A DNA stretch of 64,000 bases from Lytechinus pictus (Eukaryota): positions 10,976,001-11,040,000 of the forward strand of contig NC_087251.1 of the NCBI RefSeq assembly GCF_037042905.1, read 5' to 3'. The notes below the pieces were generated by a model. The model was not told the DNA's origin and did no database searches. It saw only the letters and a program-made list of their open reading frames with translations. The position numbers were made by a program, and so were the translations under genes. Shown one piece after another: positions 12,827-25,467 of the stretch. How positions within the stretch are numbered: position 1 is the stretch's first letter; the number at the start of each line of letters is the position of its first letter.

Positions 12827-13529
12827 CAGGGGCGGATCCAGCTTTTTATAAAGGGGGGGTTGGGGTGGTATGCGAGGGAGCGTAGCGACCGAGTCCAAGC
12901 GAGCGGAGCGAGCGAGGAGGGAGGGTGTGGGAGGGGGGTGTCCCCCTCCCACAGTAGGGACAATTTTTGAAAATCTGTGTGTGAAAATGGCGTTTTCTTG
13001 CATCTAAAACACCACTCTTTTTGGTATAGAGGTCGTTGCCAAATTAACCCCCATGAAAATTTGTAAAATTAAGTTGCATTTTCCTGCAATGTAAGGCCAG
13101 TTAACAACACAGATACAAAGAATTGGGGACCTTGGAATAAGCACTGTTAGCCTAATACTTTTATTATGAACAGCTTGTCACTGATACTCACTGGCAAATT
13201 TTTTTTTTTTTTTTTTTAATGTGGGGATTTTGGGGATGAGAATCGGCAACGCTGGCCTAGCTTGTCACTTCGGCGGTGGCCCGTGTCCTCAAAAAAGCTG
13301 ATGGGGGGGGGGCAAGGGACTCTGTGACATTTGTTCGCCCAACCCCCCCCCCTCCCCCAAAAAGAAATAATAATAATAATAATAATAAATGAAATAAATA
13401 CATAGAAATAGAATAAAATAAAATTACAAGTTTAAAAAAAAAGATAAGATTTAAAAAAATGGTCCCCGGATTTTTTTTTTTGGGGGGGGGGTTGCAACCC
13501 CCCCAACCCCCCCTCTAGATCCGCTTCTG
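12827..13529. mobile_element. Non-autonomous TIR element (CAGGGGCGGATC..GATCCGCTTCTG) with an apparent 5-bp TSD
   Basis: Inverted termini; AACGG at 12822-12826 and 13530-13534; G/C homopolymer subterminal tracts. Confidence 0.7.
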
Positions 13530-16500
13530 AACGGGGTTATTCTGTATACCCGTACAAAAGAAAACACTATTGTACTTTGCGATGCGATATAATAAAATGA
13601 GTTGGGACTTTGGAGGTTACTCATTCGTGAAAAATTGAATGAATAATAATCTCATTTGTACTGAGAAGCCGGGTGGCGTGCTGCGAAAATACATGAAATG
13701 CAACAGGTATGGGCTGTGCAAAAGCTCTTTAGTACAACCGGAGAACGGGAAGAGCGTTTTCAGCTTGATTCGGCAATGAACTAGGATATTGAAACATATC
13801 AGAGAGAATTATAACAAACCTGTCACTCAACACCGCGTATTTTGACGTTCCCGAAACATTGCCCAAGGTACATTGTTGGTAACAATAGCTCAGACGATTG
13901 GCTTTCGCCCCTCCGGAGTCTACCAATCTCTTCGCGTGTTAGGTTTCGGATTGAGTCCGCTAAACTTTCGCCCAGTAACCTTTCACCCGCACCGTGGACT
14001 CATTTGCATATTCATGAGCGGTTTTCCTCACAAGCCATCGTTCTTGTCGTCTGCTGCTAAATGGCCTTTTTGTGCCTGTGGTTGGTGGGAGGTAGACGGA
14101 CAATCAGCCAGTCAGAACAGCTTGAGGAAACTTTATCAGCTCTTGATATGTCATTTGCCGATGCCTAACTTTTCTCACTTACCCACTTCTCCGAACGGCA
14201 ACATTCTATATGGGGCTGTCTGATTAAAAGGCCCATACAATACTACATGCAGGGATAAAATTCTTTATGCATATAATGCTTTGTTTACCCCGTATAAACA
14301 CACATCCAGGAGAAGTGAATGGCCGGGGACCACATGTTAAAAGGTGTCTACACCAACTGAAATTTCTTCATATTTGATTTAGGAATCAAAGCGACAACAC
14401 CTATTGCTTATCATCGGAACGAGATGAAGAGCTAACCCGAAGAACCCCGTGGAAAGTTGTTGACCGATCAAACCTTAAAGACCTTGCACTGCTGAAAACG
14501 TGTCAAAGGAAAACCAGCAGACTCAAGAAAGGAAACAATCACATGCATTGTTTCGATTAAGAGAAACATTTCATCTTTCCAATTAGATTAACAGGTGGTA
14601 AGTATGAGACTGAAACTTCTATCATTTCTCTTAAGCGTAAACATGATTGTGTATGCCTTCCTGTGTGAATAAGATTTGACTACCCTCTGTTCAAGTTTTT
14701 TATCTAAAATTTTCGTAGACCTTACCGAATCGGAGGAAGACGTATAGGCCTACCCAATATCTACCTCCTCAATTCTTCTTTACTTTGGTCAATTAAAGCA
14801 TGATTAGAGGGAAGTTTCGCTGTACTGGTCAATTTTATCAACAACAACAATCTCTCCATTTCCTTAATCTATTGCCTCGAATATTTTCGTCACCCCGCTG
14901 ACACACGTTTCAAACACCTTTGAACAAAATTCTAATGAGCCCATAGACCTAAAGAAAAAATAATAATTGTAGAAACATTTTGGTTAAACAGAAATGTGTT
15001 TGATTTAGTTTTTGATTTAGTAAATCAGTGGAAGATTTAATCAATGTATATTTTTCAGTCTGCTTTCTAAATTTGATTTTAATCAATTTTGTTTGATCTG
15101 ATATATCATGTCCTATTTCAATGCGAATACATTCATAAATATGCAAATTCATAATAAAGATTAGAAACATGAAAAACATCTAAAAACACTTTTTACATGA
15201 CATAAACAAATTTTTTAAAGCTTAATTTCGACTATATTAATATAAATTTTGTATCAGTTTATATTATGTTGTGCCTTTGACCTGCAATATCTTTTATAAA
15301 TAGAATTCACAACACATGATTTTGATTTCCACTCTGAGGAATACACTGTTACATAGCGTTGTGGAATTTTTGTGGGTCCTAATTTCTCCCTGGTCACCAC
15401 AACACGGACACACAGGCAGACAGACAAGCAAACAAACTCCTGCTCATTTTCGTAACTATTAGCTACCATCATCCATTTCATCTCACATAACATAGTCAAT
15501 AAGAATGCTTCGCCATCGAAACATTTGTTGACCTAGTCAATTAGTCATGGTGATGTTAACGAATATCAGACACCTCCGATGTGTGGCCGTTCGATGCTAC
15601 TCAAATATATACACAGTGTGTGCGTGTTGGTCATTATAAAGAGATGGATTTTTGCAAGGCCATGAATTGATGTCGAGTATTACTAGCGAGTAATTAGCCA
15701 AAGTATTATAGGTCTGTTCAGAAATTGAATGAAATTTCACGCAAACGACGATATTGAAATATTCATATATGATATACAATTATTAAGATTACATCTATTG
15801 TATTATTTGAATGAGAATCAATATGAGAAACAGAGTATGAACAAAAATTACGAACATATATAATTACTGGCGAGCATTTCATGAAGGACTTGTCATACGT
15901 TTTATCCGACAAGTAATATTTTATCTGACAGTTACTATGGTAACATAGCCCCTCAGCCAATCATAATCAAGGAAAGTTGTCGGACGAAAATGTTGACGAA
16001 ACGTTTCCCAGATGTATTCGTGGGGTTCTCTCATTTTTTTTTCATTGGGTGGGGGTACTTACCAACCCCTGCAGCCATAATAGAAATGACACACTTTCTA
16101 AAGACTGAATAATAAGAAGTTGAATTCATGAAGAAAACAATCAATGATAAAGGAAATGTGTAATCTCTAAAGTGGCAACAAGCCAGGGCAAAGTTCTGTA
16201 CGAAACTTGTAAACACAAATGAAATGTTTTATTTTGTAAAATAGTAGAAATAAGAATAATGTGAAAACAGATTTCAAAAGACATGACAATTGGTGGTGAG
16301 ATGATACAGACCTCAATTTCTCCGAAGATGTAGGGTACGTGTTAGGGTTTGGGGATTCAAATACTGTAAGGATTATGATTAGAGTTAAGTTTTTGGTTAG
16401 GTTTTATGTTTGTCTGAATGTATAGATTTAGGAGCAATTATTGTCGTCGTAGCGGATGTCGCGGGATCATTATATTCATCCATAGGCAATAATGCACCTT

Positions 16501-17501
16501 TTTCTTACCATACCTTTTCCCTCGTCAACAACGATCTAAAAGGCTGCAAAAGAATTGAGTGAGGAGATGACACACTGTTGTGAATTAAATACAATTACTG
16601 AAGGACTTCAAATGAAGAAAACTCTGTCTTCGAAACAGCAGTGTCGTATAGATTTACTCAAAGATTACGGATGCAGTATAGAGATGCAGAGTTTATTGAC
16701 TGCCCGGAATGGAATGTCCTAATTTTGTTCCGAGAGTAAATATGCACTGTACTTGACTCGTGAAGCTACGTTTCCTTGTTCTTTTTTGTTTTGTTTTGTT
16801 TATAAGGAGCAAAATGTCAGTGAGTGAATGAGAGAGAGAGAGAGTGGGGGGGGGGGGGATAATAAGAGAGAGGGGGGTAGATGAGACGAGAAGAAAACGG
16901 ATGGTCACTGGTCAGAACAACGCGCCAGAGGGACTCCAAAACAGATAGAGAGGGGGTGGAGAGAGAGAGAGGGGGGGGGGGGGAGAATAGTGATAAGCAT
17001 GATAACGGATAATGGGATCGTGATAGGAAACTTATTAAGAGGGCTCAGTTTACATGTAGGTGAAAAAAGTAGAAGAAGTGGACGGAGGGGGGATTTCATC
17101 ACTTTTCCCCGAATCACATCGAGATCATGACACGGTATTTTACCCTGACGTTGTATACATCCTAAAAGCGAAGATTTACTGCAGATTATCATAATAATCA
17201 GAAATGAATTTATTATGACATCAAGGCATGGAAGATACGGTTAACCTTGTCTGACCTTTGACCTCCTTTGAGATGTCACGGTTATTGATGATATTCAAAC
17301 TTTCTTTTTAAGGGTATAGATAACGAGGCATTTATCTTCCTCTTCGAGCACAGAAGGAAGAAATTGGAGGAGAAAAGTTATATGTTTCCGACATTACTAT
17401 CAGTGCAATTACAATGAGAGGTTAAACATGTAAAAAAGGGCTTTGATACTCTGATAGGGCGTATCCATTGTTGCAGTCAATGTGGCTATCATATCTGTAC
17501 A

Positions 17502-18706
17502 CAGTGGTGTAACTACGGGGGGGGGGGGGCATGGGGGGCACGTGTCCCCCCCCCCCCCAATCGGCTGGGCCCAAAAAAAAAACGGGGGAAATTAGAAAAA
17601 GAGGGAGAAAGGAAGAGAAACGTAGTGGGAAAGAAGAAATTATTGTTCATTATAATGTAATATCATATTACAATTATGTTATGTTACTGTATATTACATA
17701 ATAATTTTTTTAATAACCGTATGAGACATAATTTGCTCAGGGTTTATGTCCTCATTGTTCCTGGTGCTCGCATTGTCTGTTTAACTAGATATAATAGATC
17801 AAATATTTTTTTCGGAACACTATAGTTTTCAAGTATATTTGAGAGACCTGACGTTGTCAAATCAAGTCAATATACACCAAATATATTTCCTCGCACTTCG
17901 AGTTATTATTGTTTTATGTAGTGACATATGCTTCTTTTTCATGACTACTTAAAGTGATTGCCCCATTTAAGGTCTTGATATAGAACATTTCCTGTCCGTG
18001 CTTACGTTCGCATTAGTGGATTGGTGAGATATGTCTGCTCTTCATGAATTCCTAAAATCAGTCATTAAAATGTCCCTTTTTCTGGTCTGAATATCAAAAA
18101 CATTTAGCTTGCGCTTCGCGCTCGCATCATCTGGTTAGTGAAATACGTATAGTCTTAGTAAATTCCTACAAACAAGCCTTAGAATGCCCCTCTTCAGGTC
18201 TATATTTCCTAAAGTTTCAGCTCGCGCTTCACGCTCGCAATATTTGATTAGTGAGATACGAAGTGATGATCATGATTGCAATGACTACAAAAAGTGCTTC
18301 ATGTGTTTAGATGTAATTCTAAACAAAATCAGCAAGCGCTTGGCACTCGCATTAGATGACTATGGTGAGATATGTATACTCTTAATGGATTCCTTAAAAA
18401 ATAGTCTTTAAAATATCCCTGTTTGGAGTCAATTTTATACAAAAATTTCAGCTCACGCTTCGCGCTCGTATTGTTTGTTTAGCGAGACAGGTAAGTATCA
18501 TGATAACAAAAATTTACTTATAATGTCTTTTTTAGGTCTGAATATCAAAAATCTTCCGCTCGCGCTTCGCGCTCACATTATTTGATCATTGAGATACATA
18601 TCCGTTTAATGGCACTGTCCTTAAAATGTCTCTATCAGGTCAGTATACCTGGACTAAAACATTTTGCTGCCCCCCCCCCAATGCCGTGACCCACGGTATG
18701 TCACTG
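17502..18706. mobile_element. hAT-like non-autonomous element with internal ~110-bp tandem units
   Basis: Perfect 8-bp TSD TCTGTACA (17494-17501, 18707-18714); termini CAGTGG..TCACTG; poly-G/C subterminal tracts; repeated GCTCGCGCTTCGCGCTCGCA units. Confidence 0.8.
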
Positions 18707-21700
18707 TCTGTACATACTGGCTGCTTTAGGCATCTTCAAACTTCAGAAGTGTAAGATGCTCTAGTTGAAGTGGAAGGCAAGCACATTTCAGATTTTAGGC
18801 AAACCTTTACGAGGAAAAAAGAAGCGATGTCAAAAAACAAAAAATAAATCAGGTCAAAATATATTTTAAAAGTCCCCACGTCACGCATTTACGACTTTTG
18901 TGAAACATCTCATGACGCCAAGTTCATTGTCGATAATTTCACTTCGATCTTTAAATAACAAAGCAAAATATTAAAATATTTCAGATATCATATTTTGTAC
19001 ACGTCCGACAAAAAAGTGGTTACGAGTAAAATTTTCGTTTTCACAAGGGAGCTGATATTTTAGCAAGATGTCAACTTTCCACCATGTTGTTGATATGTCA
19101 CTGTAACCCAATCGAATCAATCTGGACTGAAACTTGACATTTCGTGAGGTCGCTGTGAAGGTGACGATTACACCCCTTTGTCATCTTTGCGACTAAACTT
19201 TCTATATACAAGCCTATATTTAGCGTCTCCTGAAAACTACTGTCAAACTATCCGAAAGATCTTCTTATTTGTCGAAAAGTAGACAAAAGTTTAACTGCTT
19301 TTCATTTATCAGAATTTCAATCAGATTTTTACTGACCTATATAATTTTAATCTGATGGATTCCATTCCATTCTTATTTAGGAATTCCAATAGTTATTGAG
19401 AATTCAAAATATGCTTTCGTTAACTATACGGGTAATCGATATAGGACATACATATATAAGATATATTATCGAGTTTAATGATTTTAGAGAAAACGGTAAA
19501 CTAAGGATAGGTGTATATATTATATAAAGGGATAATACCAATACATATTATTTAGGGACAAACTTAATACTGCTTCAGTTAATATCAGCCATGTGACAAA
19601 TAAATCAACATCGTAAAACTTTCATATCCATCATCCTATATCAGCCAATAGGAACTAACATGACAAGGTAGAGACTTTTGTTCATGTCAATTACATTCTA
19701 TCTCGCCTAAAAGTGTCACCAGATAACACGGATGAGGAAAAACTATGATGGTTATGCAGAAATATTCGAATGCCTTGATAAATTGTTCTTGCCATTGAAA
19801 CCCTTCTATTCCAGCTATCCATTGCCTTGATTATAACCCTTAGCAGTAAGTGACCAATGATCGTAAAATCTTAAATTGACGGCGATCCCAAGTTCCCGCC
19901 AATTTTTGGTAGTTCGTCAGCGAGAATCCTTCAACGCAGGCGACACGGGCTCGTCAACGATCTATGAAAATTACATTAAACTATAGCTATCTACGACGAG
20001 AGATTGGCAGTGATAGATGATTTGTATATTCTTCCACATTGGTCAGTAAACAGAGGGTTAATTTGTTGCCATAAGCTCCCTTATTTGCCCCCCTCTTTCA
20101 TCATTTGATCACCCCAACTACACTCGGAATGAAAATATACTCTTGCAAAAATCAATGCTATTTCGAATTTGGAGGTGAGATAGAGGTACTGGGCTCTTTA
20201 TATTTTTGTATGCGGGCGGAAGGTTTTTTTTTAATAGGACATATCACCACCAACCAAAATAAAGATTACAGTGCAAAACAGGGGGTGGGGATCCCAGAAT
20301 TCGGCACCTAACTAATTAGAAAAGACAAAAACAACTTTATGTCATCTTTGTATTCTTGGTGTTTCATGGGGTAGGGTTATTGCCCCTGCGAAAACTCGGA
20401 ATGATGTCTCAACAAATTATATCTTTTGTTAATGGTTTGAAAATTGTCATTTGGGAAAATAAGTCAATCATTTTGGAGATGATTAATAATACACTACATA
20501 CATAAGAGTAAGTCATTTATCAACGCGCTATCTTAACTGTCATAAATTAAGAAGCGATGATCGCTATGATTGATTAATACGATATTGGTTTGTTTTGTCA
20601 ACATAATCATCGGACAATGAATTTCCAAATATGGTCAGAACAAACCAGCTCAAATGTCACTTTATTCAATCTCAAGGGATTAAAATAGGGTGAATATTAA
20701 CTCCTATTTCAGATTAGTTCCCTCGGCACCAGACTGGGGAGTAGGAAAGTTCCATGACGCCATGTCTATGTCTTCGTAATTGAATTTCAGTTTAACCGTT
20801 TTGTCTGTGGGACATGGTATGCCACGTCTCAGGCTCTGTATGAAGGTGCATAAATGTCGGCTCTGATTAAGACGATTATAAAGAGTTTTTTTAAGTGACT
20901 CGTGACTTAATTTTGGTCCCTCCCGTGTAAGATTTTTGGGGAAAGTCGTAATCAAATGATTAGAAAAGGGGCACTTGATCATTTTGCATACTGGGTATAT
21001 AATACGGTGGGCACCTTCCGACCCTTCCCTGCCCAGTGGCGGGATGACACATAGGGGCTGGTTCAATCAATTGCTCAAATATTAAATTTGTTTGTTGATT
21101 TCGGGAGAGAGGGCAGCAGTCCTGCCCCCTCCCCCATTAAAACAAAATATTACACCTACCGGGGACGCAAGTATGCTCCCACCGTCCTGCGAAAATTCCG
21201 CCATTGAATGCAGGCTTTGGTTCATGACGTGCGGTGATCTGTCTTTATTTTACATCCATGGTGCAGGATGTAGAATCATTATCAATCACATTGGCGGCAT
21301 GATAGTTCTCATGGAGTGTCGCTATGGTATAAGCATAACGAATGAAGTGTTTATTATTCAGAATGAGATAACGGTAGATGGGACCATTCCTTGCTCGATG
21401 CCCGCTCGATGAAAGTTTCAAAGGCAGACGTTATTATTTATTAAACAGAAGGTGACGATGTTATCGGGTAATCTGGTAGATGAATGTTTGTAAGTACAGT
21501 GTTAGTGAGAGGCGTTGATGTTACAGTGGACTTAGAGTTCTTCGGTTATGGTACCACCACGATGGTGGTGTACTTTTTGCAGAGTGTTTCTGCGTGATTT
21601 AGACGAGGATTATTTCAACGTGCAGCTTCTTTAAAATCCTTAGTGTTAAATTAGGTAAGAATTTATAATATCTTAATTGAACTGTTAACAGCATGGGCAC

Positions 21701-22961
21701 CAAACTATTCTTATTAATGCTTTATAAGAAATGTCTATTGCCATTATGCCATTTGCATCTGAAACATTGTTGGTCTTGTAAAGATACATAAAGTGCAACA
21801 AAATGATACTTGTTGAGGTGTTATCACAGTGTCATTTGCGGTATATGCAGAATATTTAAGATAATGTTTATATTCAGATGTGCTGCAACATTTGAACTTA
21901 GGAACGCTTTTCTTTCTGGTATGTGTTTTTATGCCAAACGATGATGCACAATTTGCAGACATTGTATCTTGTAAATTTTCCGACACATAAATGCACTTCG
22001 ATTATGTTTTGCAGCCTTGGGAGAAAGCTGTATGTTAGATAACAAATTAGATCGAGGCTGACTATATTATACAATGAAATACTTGAAAACGTCGTACTGC
22101 GTAACAAGCCCGGTGTGGAGGAAGATCTGAAGACATGAAGTGCTCCCAACACCTCCTATACGTCTTGATCATGTTGATACATTTTGCAATGGCAGCTAGG
22201 CGTGAGAGTTGAAATGACATTCCTTACATCAAGGATATAAATCAGTCTAGTAATTTCTATCTCTTTCTACCAGAGAATCATCGTAAATGATAGTGCCTGC
22301 CTGCATTTTACGTGATTTTCATCATGTTCACCAGTTCTTAAAGCTATCTCAGAGAATATAAATCTACTTTGTGCAAATTAGTAAAACAGTATAGACGTAA
22401 TGATTGGTCCTCGAAATCGGAGTTGAAATGAATTTGGATTGAGTTTCAAATAAAGCACAAAATAATAGTAGTATAGGAGTATTCAAAGCATTGTTGTAAA
22501 AAAAAACCTAAATTAAACGTGAATGAAGTGATTATCGGGTAACAATGTCGTTGGCAGAAATTATTTTTTTGGAGAGTTCAACTCTATTCTGAGGTCAACT
22601 TTGTAAAACGGAGAAACGTTGGTGATGAAGGGAATACATTCAAGTCATCATCATCATCAGCGATGTTCAAGTATTAAGGCTATTTCTTTTGTATTATCAA
22701 AACCTTTTGATAGCTCTTCTGGATATTATAAGATGAAATAGGATTAAATAAAAGAAAGTTTTTCCAGATAATATTATCATTTCATAATGCCCTTTACCCC
22801 CCGATCTGATGTTCTTAGTGCTTACAAGGTCTTTAGGTTGAAATTTCATCCAAGATTATCTTATCTTTTGGAGGTATGGAGACATGACGATGGAATAAAA
22901 GTATAAATGTTGCCAATTTGAAGAAAAATAGCGTATCGAATTCTTCCTGAATGAGTTCAAG

Positions 22962-22989
22962 CATGGACCTACTACTCTATAGGTCCATG
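22962..22989. mobile_element. 28-bp palindromic insert or transposon footprint with a 7-bp TSD
   Basis: GTTCAAG-CATGGACCTA ctactcta TAGGTCCATG-GTTCAAG. Confidence 0.8.
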
Positions 22990-25349
22990 GTTCAAGCTAT
23001 AGAATACACTAGGCATTCAGTACTTAGATCCATTATCCCATAGGAGTGTGTGGTATATGATTCGTCATCAATCGAAACTTAACGAAAACTTTATCTTACA
23101 TTTGAATTAAAGGAATTGCTCACTCACTCTCTCTCTTTCATGTATTTCATTATTGCCCCGTAGGAATTTGAGCATACACGATAAAAATAATGAAATCATA
23201 CAGTCATCACGTGCTTCCCGCGTCAGATTTCTGTTATCATGCTTATTGTAGTATTGATGTCATTTTGTTGTTTCTCATATGAACACACACACACACACAT
23301 AAATCAAATTTCATTTCATTTGCGATAATCTTGATCACTACCATTAAATGGGCATCTTTATCAAATTGAAAAAGAATGTTAAATTGCCTCTTCTGAACTC
23401 TAGATATTGAATAATAACAAAACATCGATATATTTTATTTCAGAGTCCATTCTAAGTAATATATCGCGAATAAACACGGTAGATGAACTGGCTTGTATGA
23501 ATATTCGCAACTTGTAATACAGACGACGAGACACAGGCATGCGATATCTTTTCCTGACCATTTTTCAAAAACTTATATGGAGGTGGAGACTGGTCATAAA
23601 CTATGCCTTGAAACATTTATGAGAGTTTCGGCACAGAAACATTTCTTGATAATAACTGATGTTATAATTGGTTATTAAATGCTACAGATCGTAACTTTGA
23701 TAATCCTAAGTAATATATCATGATGTGCTAATCCGCTTTGTAGACGATAAAGCACGTATCGTATGCACCCTCGATAATGATGAATGCAGGAGTGAGTATT
23801 AAGGGGCAGGGGCAACCATCACCTTCTGATTTTCTAAGTAGTTAAAAAGAGAAAAACGGGGGGGGGGGCAAAAGGAAGAAAAGGAAAGAAAGGAGATAAT
23901 AGAAAAATAAAAAAGAGAGGCGTGGATCTTATAATGTTATGATATACCCTGTAATTCAATTGATAAAATGACGTCACCATTTGTCGTCTTGCTCCCCTTT
24001 CAAAGTACCCTGGTGCCGCCTATGATCATTAATTAGTATTTGGTAGGTATTAATGATTCATATATTGGTACGGGAATGGTGCTTGATTGTCGTGTTTGTT
24101 TATTGTTGCTAGGCATTCTAGTACATGTCCTTACATCAAAGACGTATGAGGCATTCATGGGAAGGTGCACGACTTAAGGTGGATGTAAAGTTTATGAAAT
24201 TAGAACAGAGGATACTTTTGAAAGCATTTGAGGATTTGTGTGGGTTTTTTTTTGTCTATTTGATTTATCTTTTATTTTTTATTTACAGCGGCGACCCAAT
24301 CTCGTGCCCTTGTCTATGATTATGATTGCTTTTTCAACTTTTCATTTGCCTAAATAATCGGGAGTAGTATAGTTGACAGGACGTGTCCCTGGAGTACACA
24401 CCGACATTTTTTATTACTAACCCACTACACACATTTGCATAAGCCAAAACTCACGCACAGTAATTTGGTCGCTAAAAACTGAAGAGGTAGGTGCCCCTTT
24501 AATCATAATCAAAAGAATTTTATCTTCAAAGATTTAAACTTCCGTTAATCATATGAATCTTTTAAACATGTGTGTATAACCGAACTGCACATGGGCAATT
24601 AAATGGAATTAAATTGGAAGCCTATTTTGCTCTCACTTCAAAACCTAACTAAATTAATCACCGTCAAATTAGCTCAGCATGTAGTAGCAAAACTGAACAA
24701 GATCTACTTGCCAGGTCATTATATGAAGATAAATGGATGTGCTACTGTATCTAAACTGTGATCAATAATTCCCGCTGCAATCTTGTCCACCCTGTTTCCC
24801 ATATCCCCCTGCAACTAAGGCAATGGATCAAGTTGTAGTTTAGACCATTTTGAATGTTCAGATATTGTAGAGACGTCTATCACACTGTTTTCAATATTTA
24901 TCCCAGCATGTACAACATTATTTTTCGTTCATTTCTCTTTCTTGCAAAATTTGTTTTTCATAACATTATTTGTAGAGTTGTCATTTTTTTAGAGTTCCAA
25001 TTCTGCGGAAAGGATAATGAAAAAATATTATTCATGATTGTAAAACATGATCCACTATTTTTACCATTAACAGCTGCCTTTGTGAACTCGAGGAAATGTT
25101 TTTCTTATTACGGAAGGATTGTGAAAGTATTGAGTGTCTGATAACGGTTTTTCTATTGGTTTGTATTGTATCATTTTCGGGTTTAGTGGAGGTAACTTTC
25201 AAATTGATTTCCATGAGCAATTCTGACCCTCTTCAGAGTCAATAGCACAAATCAAAAGAGTTTTCTGATATGAAATCGTTCAGCATTGACTATCAAAGTT
25301 GGGAATTGTTTTCTTTCAGGATCTTTCTGAAAGCGGTCCAGACTTCGAG

Positions 25350-25467
25350 ATGGATGACTATACCGAAATGATGATGGTGACCAACTATAGCAATGCCACT
25401 CCTGGTCCAGTCTTACCGGCCTGTTGGCCAGTCCTTGTTGACCCTACGACATCAGAACTTCTGAATA
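25350..25467 (+). CDS. SLC51A: OSTalpha-like B first coding exon (exon begins 25320)
   Basis: TTTCAG acceptor, ATG at 25350, N-glycosylation sequons NYS and NAT, GTAAGT donor at 25468. Confidence 0.78.

Noticed and set aside
14942..14951. Lone CATAGACCTA arm (also a lone TAGGTCCATA at about 53749)
   Set aside because: No partner arm or 7-bp duplication was found, so it is not counted in the footprint family.
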